Source: Escherichia phage W143
Sequence record: MZ189262.1
Length of the DNA stretch: 64,000 bases
Strand: one strand, 5' to 3'
Shown: positions 38,139-47,597 of the stretch, piece by piece
Layout: the number at the start of each line of letters is the position of its first letter
How positions within the stretch are numbered: position 1 is the stretch's first letter
Program-made: the position numbers and the translations under genes
The notes under the pieces: generated by a model
Told to the model about the DNA's origin: nothing
Databases searched by the model: none
What the model saw: only the letters and a program-made list of their open reading frames with translations

Positions 38139-39704
38139 ATGACTATCAAAACTAAAGCTGAACTTTTGAACAAATGGAAGCCATTACTGGAAGGTGAAGG
38201 TTTACCGGAAATTGCTAATAGCAAACAAGCGATTATCGCTAAAATCTTTGAAAACCAGGAAAAAGATTTCCAGACAGCTCCAGAGTACAAAGACGAAAAA
38301 ATCGCTCAGGCGTTCGGTTCTTTCTTAACAGAAGCTGAAATCGGTGGTGACCACGGTTACAATGCTACTAACATCGCTGCAGGTCAGACTTCTGGCGCAG
38401 TAACTCAGATTGGCCCAGCTGTTATGGGTATGGTACGTCGTGCTATTCCTAACCTGATTGCTTTCGATATTTGCGGTGTTCAGCCGATGAATAGCCCGAC
38501 CGGTCAGGTATTCGCACTGCGCGCAGTATATGGTAAAGACCCAATCGCTTCCGGCGCTAAAGAAGCATTCCACCCAATGTATGGTCCAGATGCAATGTTC
38601 TCTGGTCAGGGTGCTGCTAAGAAATTCGCTGCTTTGAAAGCAAGTGATACTCTTGAAGTTGGAACTATTTACACCCACTTCTTCCAGGACACTGGTACTG
38701 TGTATCTGCAAGCTACAGAAGCTAAACAAATTGATTCCGCTGCATCTGACGCAGACAAATTAGATGCTGAAATTAAGAAACAAATGGAAGCTGGTGTACT
38801 GGTAGAAATCGCTGAAGGTATGGCTACTTCTATCGCTGAACTTCAGGAAAGTTTCAACGGTTCTACCGATAACCCATGGAATGAAATGGGCTTCCGTATC
38901 GATAAACAAGTTATCGAAGCTAAATCTCGCCAGCTGAAAGCTGCTTACTCTATCGAATTAGCACAAGACCTCCGCGCTGTTCACGGTATGGATGCTGATG
39001 CTGAACTGTCTGGTATTCTGGCTACCGAAATCATGCTGGAAATTAACCGTGAAGTTGTTGATTGGATTAACTACTCAGCTCAGGTTGGTAAATCTGGTAT
39101 GACCCTGACTCCGGGTTCTAAAGCTGGTGTATTTGACTTCCAGGATCCGATTGATATTCGTGGTGCTCGCTGGGCGGGTGAATCCTTTAAAGCTCTGCTG
39201 TTCCAGATTGACAAAGAAGCAGTTGAAATTGCTCGTCAGACCGGTCGTGGTGAAGGTAACTTCATTATCGCTTCCCGTAACGTAGTTAACGTTCTGGCTT
39301 CAGTTGATACTGGCATTTCTTATGCTGCACAGGGTCTGGCTACCGGCTTTAACACTGATACTACCAAGTCAGTATTTGCTGGTGTTCTGGGTGGTAAATA
39401 CCGTGTATATATCGACCAGTATGCTAAACAGGATTATTTCACCGTAGGTTATAAAGGTCCGAACGAAATGGATGCAGGTATTTACTATGCTCCATATGTA
39501 GCTCTGACTCCGCTGCGTGGTTCCGATCCGAAGAACTTCCAACCAGTAATGGGATTCAAAACTCGTTACGGTATCGGTATCAACCCATTTGCAGAATCCG
39601 CTGCTCAGGCTCCGGCTTCTCGCATCCAGAGCGGTATGCCTTCTATTCTGAATAGCCTTGGTAAAAACGCTTACTTCCGCCGTGTATATGTTAAAGGTAT
39701 CTAA
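38139..39704 (+). CDS. 23: major capsid protein gp23
   Basis: 521 aa; highly biased codon usage typical of the most abundant virion protein. Confidence 0.95.
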   Translation: MTIKTKAELLNKWKPLLEGEGLPEIANSKQAIIAKIFENQEKDFQTAPEYKDEKIAQAFGSFLTEAEIGGDHGYNATNIAAGQTSGAVTQIGPAVMGMVRRAIPNLIAFDICGVQPMNSPTGQVFALRAVYGKDPIASGAKEAFHPMYGPDAMFSGQGAAKKFAALKASDTLEVGTIYTHFFQDTGTVYLQATEAKQIDSAASDADKLDAEIKKQMEAGVLVEIAEGMATSIAELQESFNGSTDNPWNEMGFRIDKQVIEAKSRQLKAAYSIELAQDLRAVHGMDADAELSGILATEIMLEINREVVDWINYSAQVGKSGMTLTPGSKAGVFDFQDPIDIRGARWAGESFKALLFQIDKEAVEIARQTGRGEGNFIIASRNVVNVLASVDTGISYAAQGLATGFNTDTTKSVFAGVLGGKYRVYIDQYAKQDYFTVGYKGPNEMDAGIYYAPYVALTPLRGSDPKNFQPVMGFKTRYGIGINPFAESAAQAPASRIQSGMPSILNSLGKNAYFRRVYVKGI

Positions 39705-39720
39705 GATATAACCTTATTAT

Positions 39721-39738
39721 GGGAGACTTCGGTCTCCC
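39721..39738. terminator. UUCG-tetraloop hairpin (gggagac-ttcg-gtctccc) between convergent gene 23 and the antisense ORF
   Basis: perfect 7-bp stem; can serve both strands. Confidence 0.55.
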
Positions 39739-39753
39739 ATTCTTGTTTCTATA

Positions 39754-40020
39754 CTACGCAATCTTAACTCGACGGTTGATGATGTCACGGAAGTCAATAC
39801 GATTTTCTTGGATTTTCAGCCAGTTACCAGATTTGTCTTTGGTATGGGTAGAATATTCACCGTTCCACCAGAAGTCAGTAGCATAATCCATGGTTTCATA
39901 TTTCTTAACTAGGGCATTCACTGCATTACCGTTAGGATTGGAACCATATTTTTCTACCAGGGCTTTGATGTCTTTATCAAGAGCGGACAGAGTAGTACGA
40001 ATAAAGTTTAACTTGTTCAT
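39754..40020 (-). CDS. hypothetical early protein antisense to the capsid genes; start placed at ATG 40020
   Basis: 88 aa from MNKLNFIRTTLSALDKD...; GGAG SD before the second ATG; own early promoter. Confidence 0.5.
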   Translation of the reverse strand: MNKLNFIRTTLSALDKDIKALVEKYGSNPNGNAVNALVKKYETMDYATDFWWNGEYSTHTKDKSGNWLKIQENRIDFRDIINRRVKIA

Positions 40021-40050
40021 TTTTAATCTCCTCATGTTTTTGATAGGTCT

Positions 40051-40080
40051 ATAGTAACATGTGATAACCTTGCTGTAAAC
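40051..40080 (-). promoter_or_regulatory. T4 early-type promoter (-35 GTTTAC, 17-nt spacer, -10 TACTAT) driving the antisense ORF
   Basis: minus strand GTTTACagcaaggttatcacatgtTACTATagacctatcaa; same cassette as in the ip locus. Confidence 0.55.
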
Positions 40081-40086
40081 AACTTT

Positions 40087-40094
40087 TATAAATA
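40087..40094 (+). promoter_or_regulatory. late promoter TATAAATA for gene 24
   Basis: exact TATAAATA ~28 nt upstream of ATG 40123. Confidence 0.6.
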
Positions 40095-40122
40095 AACATA
40101 TACTCTCAACAAGGAAAGCGCA

Positions 40123-41406
40123 ATGGCTAAAATCAACGAACTTCTGCGCGAATCAACCACAACGAATAGCAACTCAATCGGTCGCCCAAATCTCGTTGCT
40201 TTGACTCGCGCTACCACTAAATTAATATATTCTGACATTGTAGCAACGCAAAGAACTAATCAACCTGTTGCTGCTTTTTATGGTATCAAATACCTTAACC
40301 CAGATAATGAATTTACATTTAAAACTGGTGCTACTTACGCTGGCGAAGCTGGATATGTAGACCGAGAACAAATCACAGAATTAACAGAAGAGTCTAAATT
40401 AACTCTCAATAAAGGCGATTTATTCAAATATAATAATATCGTTTATAAAGTATTAGAAGATACACCATTTGCTACCATTGAAGAAAGCGATTTAGAACTA
40501 GCTCTTCAGATTGCAATTGTTCTTTTAAAGGTTCGTCTATTTTCTGATGCAGCGTCAACGAGCAAATTTGAAAGCTCTGATAGCGAAATTGCTGATGCTA
40601 GATTCCAGATTAATAAATGGCAAACCGCAGTTAAATCTCGTAAACTTAAAACAGGTCTCACGGTTGAATTAGCACAAGATTTAGAAGCAAATGGATTCGA
40701 TGCTCCTAATTTCTTGGAAGATTTGCTTGCAACTGAAATGGCGGATGAAATCAATAAAGATATTCTACAGTCTTTGATTACAGTGTCAAAACGCTATAAA
40801 GTTACAGGAATTACTGATACCGGATTCATTGATTTGAGTTATGCATCTGCACCTGAAGCCGGTCGTTCATTATACCGAATGGTATGTGAAATGGTTTCGC
40901 ATATCCAAAAAGAATCAACTTATACAGCAACGTTCTGTGTTGCTTCAGCTCGTGCCGCTGCGATTCTTGCTGCATCAGGTTGGTTAAAACATAAACCAGA
41001 AGATGATAAATATCTTTCACAAAATGCCTATGGGTTCTTAGCTAATGGTTTACCGCTTTATTGTGATACTAACAGCCCATTAGATTATGTAATCGTTGGC
41101 GTGGTAGAAAATATTGGCGAAAAAGAAATTGTCGGATCAATTTTCTATGCTCCGTATACAGAAGGTCTTGACTTAGATGACCCTGAACATGTAGGTGCAT
41201 TTAAAGTTGTAGTTGATCCAGAAAGTTTGCAGCCATCTATCGGTTTATTGGTTAGATATGCTTTATCTGCAAATCCTTACACTGTAGCAAAAGACGAAAA
41301 AGAAGCAAGAATAATTGATGGTGGAGACATGGATAAAATGGCGGGTCGTTCAGATTTGTCTGTTTTATTAGGTGTTAAGCTACCAAAAATTATCGTTGAT
41401 GAATAA
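40123..41406 (+). CDS. 24: head vertex protein gp24
   Basis: 427 aa; paralogue of gp23. Confidence 0.9.
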   Translation: MAKINELLRESTTTNSNSIGRPNLVALTRATTKLIYSDIVATQRTNQPVAAFYGIKYLNPDNEFTFKTGATYAGEAGYVDREQITELTEESKLTLNKGDLFKYNNIVYKVLEDTPFATIEESDLELALQIAIVLLKVRLFSDAASTSKFESSDSEIADARFQINKWQTAVKSRKLKTGLTVELAQDLEANGFDAPNFLEDLLATEMADEINKDILQSLITVSKRYKVTGITDTGFIDLSYASAPEAGRSLYRMVCEMVSHIQKESTYTATFCVASARAAAILAASGWLKHKPEDDKYLSQNAYGFLANGLPLYCDTNSPLDYVIVGVVENIGEKEIVGSIFYAPYTEGLDLDDPEHVGAFKVVVDPESLQPSIGLLVRYALSANPYTVAKDEKEARIIDGGDMDKMAGRSDLSVLLGVKLPKIIVDE

Positions 41407-41412
41407 AACAAA

Positions 41413-41433
41413 GGGACCTTTTGGTCCCTTTTT
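41413..41433. terminator. bidirectional intrinsic terminator between gene 24 and rnlB
   Basis: aaagggacc-tttt-ggtccctttttatt: A-tract, 6-bp stem, T-tract. Confidence 0.7.
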
Positions 41434-41435
41434 AT

Positions 41436-42440
41436 TTAACTTACCAATTCAATCCAAGCCGGACGAAGTACATCTTGTACCATTTTAACTAATTCCTTTT
41501 TAATCAAAGAAGGATTATCCGCTTGAGTTAAAGTAATACCTTCACGAGAAGTTTCTTCCAAAATATCTTGAACAGTTAGTCCCATCACCTTTCCAAAATC
41601 CTTCGGACTAATTTCGCCAATTTTAGAAATAACGTTATTTACTCGGTTCAGTGTAACGTAGCAAGCTAAAATTCCCAGCAATTTATTATCAGCTTCTGAC
41701 AGCTCAACTTTAGCTTTAATAGGCTTATCAGACTTTTTCTTTTCACTAAATTTAGAGCTCTTGCATTTAATAGCTACACGATTGCCATTAGGCATCCAAG
41801 AAGGATAACAAGGTTTCAATACATATCCTTCAGCAGTAAATACTTCGCCTTTTGCTTCAGCATTCCAGACGCATTTATTTGCATCAACTAATCCAGCATG
41901 GTCTACTGTAAAATTATAATCCTGGACGACAGAATCTAAATCATTTGGCAATTTAATAAGTTCTTCAAATTTACCACGACCCAAAAGTGGAGCCATTTTA
42001 AATTTAAATGTATTACAGAATGATTCCATCATATAATCATCGACATAAGTCACATCACCACTTTCGGTAGTAACAATAATGTCAAATACATAAAAATCTT
42101 TATCGCCATAATCGACATTCTTCTGAATGCCAGGTCCAGCGAATTCGCCGAAGACTTGATAAGATACAACTGCTGAAGTTTCCATAATATCTTGTACTGC
42201 TTTAATGGAATCAGCGTAATTCTTTAGAATAATTTCATACCCAAAGAAATCTTCAGCAGGAAGAATTGGTCCAGTACGTTTAGCACAAGTCGCTTTATCG
42301 CGTTCAATAATCAGTGAGAAATTTGTACCATGAATCTTTTCACGAGCTACCCATTCGCCGCCAGTCAATCCTAAACTATAAAGTTTTTCAATGAATTTAG
42401 AATTATAATGATTTTCAAGACTGCTATACTTTTTAAACAT
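41436..42440 (-). CDS. rnlB: RNA ligase 2
   Basis: 334 aa; nucleotidyltransferase motif I KIHGTN near N-terminus. Confidence 0.9.
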   Translation of the reverse strand: MFKKYSSLENHYNSKFIEKLYSLGLTGGEWVAREKIHGTNFSLIIERDKATCAKRTGPILPAEDFFGYEIILKNYADSIKAVQDIMETSAVVSYQVFGEFAGPGIQKNVDYGDKDFYVFDIIVTTESGDVTYVDDYMMESFCNTFKFKMAPLLGRGKFEELIKLPNDLDSVVQDYNFTVDHAGLVDANKCVWNAEAKGEVFTAEGYVLKPCYPSWMPNGNRVAIKCKSSKFSEKKKSDKPIKAKVELSEADNKLLGILACYVTLNRVNNVISKIGEISPKDFGKVMGLTVQDILEETSREGITLTQADNPSLIKKELVKMVQDVLRPAWIELVS

Positions 42441-42449
42441 AATTAATCC

Positions 42450-42728
42450 TCAAAATGTAATTTCTAACCAATCACCATCACGCTGATCACTATTGACTTT
42501 AAAACTAAATCCTTCTTTTCTCAGCCAATCACCAATTTCTTCAGTAATCAATTTATCGCGAGCAGTGCAATAATAACTAAAATATGTTTTACCTTGTTCA
42601 GCTGCTTTATTAGCAAGTTCCGAAAAATCTTTAATAAAACACTCTAGTTTAAACTGTTTACTTTTAAGTGCTTTTTCGCGTAATTGATTAGCAAAAGATT
42701 CATTTTCATAAAGATCATACTGTTCCAT
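42450..42728 (-). CDS. hypothetical protein (24.2-like position)
   Basis: 92 aa ORF. Confidence 0.5.
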   Translation of the reverse strand: MEQYDLYENESFANQLREKALKSKQFKLECFIKDFSELANKAAEQGKTYFSYYCTARDKLITEEIGDWLRKEGFSFKVNSDQRDGDWLEITF

Positions 42729-42930
42729 TTTTCACCTTCTTATTAATATGTCTTTTTCTATAGACAACTTTTTCTCGAGTCTCAAATTTATTCTTAGCAG
42801 TCATAGCTCGAGCCCATAATACAGCCACTTCTTTCGCCTGTAAGTTCAATTCACGAGCAATTTCAATGAATGACTTTCCAGACTCATGGAGTGTAAACAC
42901 CACAACCTCAGTTCTCATAATCAATCTCAT
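42715..42930 (-). CDS. hypothetical small basic protein (24.3-like position)
   Basis: 71 aa ORF. Confidence 0.5.
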   Translation of the reverse strand: MRLIMRTEVVVFTLHESGKSFIEIARELNLQAKEVAVLWARAMTAKNKFETREKVVYRKRHINKKVKNGTV

Positions 42931-42999
42931 GTTATCGAGTTAGTGCCATTATATACATCGTTTTCTGATTGTGTTTTGTGTGCTTTCAAAATGAAGAAA

Positions 43000-43013
43000 G
43001 GGGCCGAAGCCCC
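43000..43013 (-). terminator. GGGGC-UUCG-GCCCC hairpin (minus strand) after hoc
   Basis: plus strand ggggccgaagcccc 5 nt from the hoc stop. Confidence 0.5.
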
Positions 43014-43018
43014 TTAGA

Positions 43019-44149
43019 TTATGGATAGGTATAGATGATACCAGTTTCTAAAGCAGTTTTATGAATGATGTATCCATTACGCGATTCTTGAACATCAACT
43101 TCTGGATAGTCTTTCATCATCTTCTGAAGAGTGTAACGATGCAAGTAGTACTTACTATCTGGGTCGTCAGTTTTCCAATCTTTACCTTCTTCAGTCATTT
43201 TTTGGATTTCATCCATAACCCACCAACCGCACCAGATATAAGCTGAAGTACGATGTGGAAGAGGATGAACATAAGGTAGTTCACCTTCTGGTTCCGGAGC
43301 AGCTTTATCAGTTACCTGAACTTGACCTGTTGTTTTAACTGTTTTGCTATCATAATCAGCGGCGGTAACAGTTGCAGTAACTTCAATGGTTTGACTTCCA
43401 ATAGATGATGTATCAACGGTGTATACATTAGTTGACCCTTCTACAGGAGAAGAATCTTTCTTCCATGAATACGTAATTTGTGCTTCTTCCGGAGCATCCG
43501 TAACGTTAGCAGTAAATGTAGCCGAAGCATCTTGCTGAACATTAATAGAAGGAGGAGTCAATGTAACCTGCGGGTTCATTGTCTTCTTATTAACTGTCAA
43601 TGATACTTCATTGGAAGTAACTTCCTTTGCATCATAATCTGTCGCTGTTACTTGGGCTACGCATTTAATTCTTTTTACTCCACTTGTAGTTGGAGTATAG
43701 CTAAATGTAGAGTTAGTTTCTCCGCCAACCTGTGAATCATCTACATACCACTGATACGTAGCAGACGCTCCAGCTGGTTGAGAAGCTAAGGCAACAGTAA
43801 ATTGAACCGGGGTTCCAATTACTCCAGCTGAAGGACTATCGGGAGTTACAGCTAAGGTAGTCGTTTGTGTCTTATTTTGAACTGTGATAGTTGTTGTCGC
43901 TTCAGCCGTTTCCGGGCCTCCTTCAGAAAGTGTATTTGTTGCAACTACCTTAATAGTCTTTTGACCAGCAGGTCCTTTTAATACATAATCAAAAGTTGCT
44001 GCTGATCCTTCTTGGGGAGCATTATCTACGCTCCAAGCATAGGTAATAGTTCCACCTCCAGTTTCACCACTGGGTGTAGCAGTAAACTGCTTGGTTTCAT
44101 CAATAACCCCTGTTGGTGTTTTAGGAGTTATATCAACTGTAAAAGCCAT
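43019..44149 (-). CDS. hoc: head outer capsid protein Hoc
   Basis: 376 aa; tandem Ig-like domains followed by a capsid-binding C-terminus. Confidence 0.85.
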   Translation of the reverse strand: MAFTVDITPKTPTGVIDETKQFTATPSGETGGGTITYAWSVDNAPQEGSAATFDYVLKGPAGQKTIKVVATNTLSEGGPETAEATTTITVQNKTQTTTLAVTPDSPSAGVIGTPVQFTVALASQPAGASATYQWYVDDSQVGGETNSTFSYTPTTSGVKRIKCVAQVTATDYDAKEVTSNEVSLTVNKKTMNPQVTLTPPSINVQQDASATFTANVTDAPEEAQITYSWKKDSSPVEGSTNVYTVDTSSIGSQTIEVTATVTAADYDSKTVKTTGQVQVTDKAAPEPEGELPYVHPLPHRTSAYIWCGWWVMDEIQKMTEEGKDWKTDDPDSKYYLHRYTLQKMMKDYPEVDVQESRNGYIIHKTALETGIIYTYP

Positions 44150-44158
44150 AAGTTATCC

Positions 44159-44839
44159 TTATTTTAATGTTACGAAAGAAGAATTGCGTGTTTCACGAAT
44201 TAGAACTGATCCGTCGCGATTAATGTAATAAATTAAGCTAAATAAAGTTTGGTGTGCCGACGCATGTTCAAAACTAGTTGGGTGAGATTTCCAATCCGGA
44301 GTTTCAGCAATCCACTGATAAATCCACCAAGGAACAGTACAGAATCCTGGATTTTTTCCAATCAGCTGAAGATTCGGACTAAAGTTTTCCGGAAGAGTAA
44401 ATACAGACGGCTTTTCAGATTCAATAATCTCAGCTACAGCCTGTTCGAATTTTTCTTCAACAAAAGGAGTATCTTCAATCAAAACATCGGTATTTTCAGG
44501 AATTTTATCCGTTTCGACTACTTCAATTTTAATATCAGATTTAACCGGAGAATCAATCAGAAGTGCTGCTTCTGGATTGACTTCTTCATCGTCATATTTT
44601 AATCCCTCTGCAGCATCAGCAGCATTGATTAAGTCTTTAATAGATAACCCATCAGTCTCTGGCATAGGTTCACTAGCGAGCTTCTGGAGGGCTTCTTCAA
44701 TATCAACAACGATATTATCAAAAGATTTATTCTTTTTGACCTTTATACCAAACTGTTCAGCATATTCAGCTAATTTAGCTTTAGCTTCTTTATTATCATC
44801 AAGAGCCTTCAGCTCTGCAATATAATCTTTATCTATCAT
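44159..44839 (-). CDS. inh: inhibitor of prohead protease
   Basis: 226 aa acidic protein adjacent to hoc. Confidence 0.8.
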   Translation of the reverse strand: MIDKDYIAELKALDDNKEAKAKLAEYAEQFGIKVKKNKSFDNIVVDIEEALQKLASEPMPETDGLSIKDLINAADAAEGLKYDDEEVNPEAALLIDSPVKSDIKIEVVETDKIPENTDVLIEDTPFVEEKFEQAVAEIIESEKPSVFTLPENFSPNLQLIGKNPGFCTVPWWIYQWIAETPDWKSHPTSFEHASAHQTLFSLIYYINRDGSVLIRETRNSSFVTLK

Positions 44840-44852
44840 AATATTTCCTCAG

Positions 44853-44860
44853 TATAAATA
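44853..44860 (+). promoter_or_regulatory. late promoter TATAAATA for uvsW
   Basis: exact TATAAATA ~30 nt upstream of ATG 44890. Confidence 0.55.
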
Positions 44861-44889
44861 TAGATATATTTATTACATGGTATTTAGAC

Positions 44890-46401
44890 ATGACTGACAT
44901 TAAAGTACATTTTTATGATTTTAGTCACGTGAGAATTGATTGTGAAGAAAGTACATTTCATGAACTCCGTGATTTCTTTAGCTTTGAAGCTGATGGGTAT
45001 CGTTTTAATCCGAAGTACAAATATGGCCACTGGGATGGACGAATCCGTCTTTTAGATTATAATCGCCTTCTTCCGTTTGGTTTAGTCGGGCAAATTAAAA
45101 AGTTCTGCGATAACTTTGGCTATAAAGCTTGGATTGACCCGCAAATTAACGAAAAAGAAGAATTATCAAGAAAAGATTTTGATGAATGGCTTTCTAAGTT
45201 AGAAATCTATTCAGGAAATAAAAGAATTGAACCGCACTGGTATCAAAAAGATGCAGTGTTCGAAGGATTAGTTAATCGTCGTAGAATTCTTAATCTTCCA
45301 ACATCCGCAGGTAAATCTTTAATTCAAGCTTTGCTTGCACGTTATTATTTGGAAAATTATGAAGGTAAAATTCTTATCATTGTTCCAACAACTGCTTTAA
45401 CAACTCAGATGGCTGATGACTTTGTTGATTATCGTTTATTCAGTCATGCAATGATAAAGAAAATTGGCGGCGGAGCATCAAAAGATGATAAATATAAAAA
45501 TGATGCACCGGTAATTGTTGGTACATGGCAAACTGTAGTAAAACAACCAAAAGAATGGTTCTCACAGTTTGGAATGATGATGAATGATGAATGCCATCTT
45601 GCTACAGGAAAAAGTATTTCATCTATCATATCAGGTTTAAATAACTGCATGTTTAAATTTGGTCTATCGGGTTCATTACGTGATGGCAAAGCTAATATCA
45701 TGCAGTATGTTGGAATGTTTGGTGAAATATTTAAGCCGGTAACGACTTCTAAATTAATGGAAGATGGACAAGTAACTGAGTTAAAAATTAATAGTATTTT
45801 TCTTCGCTATCCCGATGAGTTCACTACTAAATTAAAGGGAAAAACTTACCAAGAAGAAATAAAAATTATTACTGGGCTCAGTAAAAGAAATAAATGGATC
45901 GCTAAATTAGCTATTAAACTTGCGCAAAAAGATGAAAACGCTTTTGTCATGTTTAAGCATGTATCACATGGTAAAGCTATTTTCGATTTAATTAAAAATG
46001 AATACGATAAAGTTTATTACGTATCAGGGGAAGTTGATACCGAAACACGCAACGTAATGAAAACCCTAGCTGAAAACGGTAAAGGAATAATTATAGTAGC
46101 TAGTTATGGTGTATTTTCTACCGGTATTTCAGTTAAAAATCTGCATCACGTTGTTTTAGCGCACGGTGTTAAATCTAAAATTATTGTATTGCAAACAATA
46201 GGTCGCGTATTACGTAAGCATGGTTCTAAAACAATCGCAACGGTCTGGGACCTCATAGATGACGCGGGCGTAGTTTCTAAATCAAAAACATCTTCTAAAA
46301 AATACTCGCATTTAAACTATCTTTTAAAACATGGACTTGATCGTATTCAGCGTTATGCTGATGAGAAGTTTAATTATGTGATGAAAGAGGTTAAACTTTG
46401 A
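44890..46401 (+). CDS. uvsW: UvsW SF2 DNA/RNA helicase
   Basis: 503 aa; helicase motifs (PTSAGKS Walker A, DECH box). Confidence 0.9.
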   Translation: MTDIKVHFYDFSHVRIDCEESTFHELRDFFSFEADGYRFNPKYKYGHWDGRIRLLDYNRLLPFGLVGQIKKFCDNFGYKAWIDPQINEKEELSRKDFDEWLSKLEIYSGNKRIEPHWYQKDAVFEGLVNRRRILNLPTSAGKSLIQALLARYYLENYEGKILIIVPTTALTTQMADDFVDYRLFSHAMIKKIGGGASKDDKYKNDAPVIVGTWQTVVKQPKEWFSQFGMMMNDECHLATGKSISSIISGLNNCMFKFGLSGSLRDGKANIMQYVGMFGEIFKPVTTSKLMEDGQVTELKINSIFLRYPDEFTTKLKGKTYQEEIKIITGLSKRNKWIAKLAIKLAQKDENAFVMFKHVSHGKAIFDLIKNEYDKVYYVSGEVDTETRNVMKTLAENGKGIIIVASYGVFSTGISVKNLHHVVLAHGVKSKIIVLQTIGRVLRKHGSKTIATVWDLIDDAGVVSKSKTSSKKYSHLNYLLKHGLDRIQRYADEKFNYVMKEVKL

Positions 46402-47090
46402 ATTATAAATTAATATACGATAATTTAATTAATAGAGCCCAGAATCGGGCTCGCCTTAATGGATACACTGAAACTCATCATATAATTCCTAGATGTATGG
46501 GCGGTACAGATGATAAGTGTAATTTGGTAGAACTAACAGCTGAAGAGCATTTTATAGCTCATAAACTTTTAGCTAAAATTCATCCAAACCATTACGGTAT
46601 AATTAAAGCCGTTATATGTATGGGAATGAATTCAAATACTCATGAAAGACACGTTAATAAATCTTACGCCTGGGAACGTCGTAAAATGGCAAAACTTCAA
46701 TCAGGTGAAGGTAATCCATTTTACGGAAAACACCATACGGAAGAACATAAACAATATATGTCAAAACTCATGAAAAATCGTCCAATTACGTGGGGAAGTA
46801 AAATTAGTAAAACTAAAAGAATGAACCCAACAAAATGGACTGAAGAAGCTAAAAGATTGCATTCTATCAATCAATCAGGTAAAAATAATGGCATGTATGG
46901 AAGGAAACATTCCGCTAAATCTATTCAGAAAATTAAAGATAACATGCCAGATAATTCAGGAGCTAATAACCCAGCTGCTAAACCTATAGAAGTAAATGGT
47001 GTTAAGTATAAATGCATGAAAGATGCTTCTAAAGCTACTGGATTATCAATGTACAAACTAAGAATACTTAGAAAAACAGTTAATTTATAA
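46398..47090 (+). CDS. HNH homing endonuclease with NUMOD3 DNA-binding repeats (TTG start)
   Basis: 230 aa; I-HmuI-like HNH catalytic motif (ETHHIIPRCMGGTDDKCNLVELTAEEHFIAH) plus two NUMOD3-like motifs (GKHHTEEHKQYMS, GRKHSAKSIQKIKD); TTG start overlaps the uvsW stop with an AAGAGG SD. Confidence 0.75.
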   Translation: MNYKLIYDNLINRAQNRARLNGYTETHHIIPRCMGGTDDKCNLVELTAEEHFIAHKLLAKIHPNHYGIIKAVICMGMNSNTHERHVNKSYAWERRKMAKLQSGEGNPFYGKHHTEEHKQYMSKLMKNRPITWGSKISKTKRMNPTKWTEEAKRLHSINQSGKNNGMYGRKHSAKSIQKIKDNMPDNSGANNPAAKPIEVNGVKYKCMKDASKATGLSMYKLRILRKTVNL

Positions 47091-47102
47091 GGGCTTCGGC
47101 CC
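47091..47102 (+). terminator. UUCG-tetraloop hairpin (gggc-ttcg-gccc) between the HNH gene and uvsW.1
   Basis: starts 1 nt after the HNH stop and ends 3 nt before the uvsW.1 SD. Confidence 0.4.
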
Positions 47103-47115
47103 TTTGGAGAAAAAG

Positions 47116-47346
47116 ATGTTACTAGAATTTAAACAATTTCTTTATGAAGCTTCTATTGATGAATTTATGGGTAAAATTGCCTCTTGCCAAACATTAGAAG
47201 GTCTAGAAGAACTTGAAGCTTATTATAAGAAAAGAGTTAAAGAAACTGAATTAAAAGATACTGATGACATCTCAGTTAGAGATGCTTTGGCAGGAAAAAG
47301 AGCTGAATTAGAAGATTCAGACGATGAAGTAGAAGAAAGCTTTTAA
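47116..47346 (+). CDS. uvsW.1: UvsW.1-like small acidic helical protein; start placed at ATG 47116
   Basis: 76 aa from MLLEFKQFLYEASIDEF...; GGAG SD. Confidence 0.6.
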   Translation: MLLEFKQFLYEASIDEFMGKIASCQTLEGLEELEAYYKKRVKETELKDTDDISVRDALAGKRAELEDSDDEVEESF

Positions 47347-47401
47347 ATTAAAAAAGGCCCAACCAAAAAGGAAGGGCCAAAACTATAGACTAAAGGTCAC
47401 A

Positions 47402-47569
47402 CTATAGCAAAAGTTGTGTTTCATTTAATTGTTCTTCCGAACTTTCTGAAACTGGTAGTTCTTTAATGTAATTATAGCAAGGCCCAGGATGTACAGGACC
47501 TTTGTCTGTTTCAACAACCAATGCAGAATCGATTGGAGTTTTACAGACAACACAAATCTTATCTGACAT
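47402..47569 (-). CDS. small Cys-containing ORF, 55 aa (uvsY.-2-like position; below ORF-track cutoff)
   Basis: ATG 47569 with GAGGAG SD; reads MSDKICVVCKTPIDSALVVETDKGPVHPGPCYNY... Confidence 0.4.
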   Translation of the reverse strand: MSDKICVVCKTPIDSALVVETDKGPVHPGPCYNYIKELPVSESSEEQLNETQLLL

Positions 47570-47597
47570 GATTGTCTCCTCTAAATTATATATCTAT

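Noticed and set aside
47353-47380. Intrinsic terminator after uvsW.1 (ggccc...gggcc)
   Set aside because: Only a 5-bp stem with a 13-nt loop and no U-tract on the plus strand; at best a weak minus-strand terminator for the uvsY operon, so not listed as a feature.
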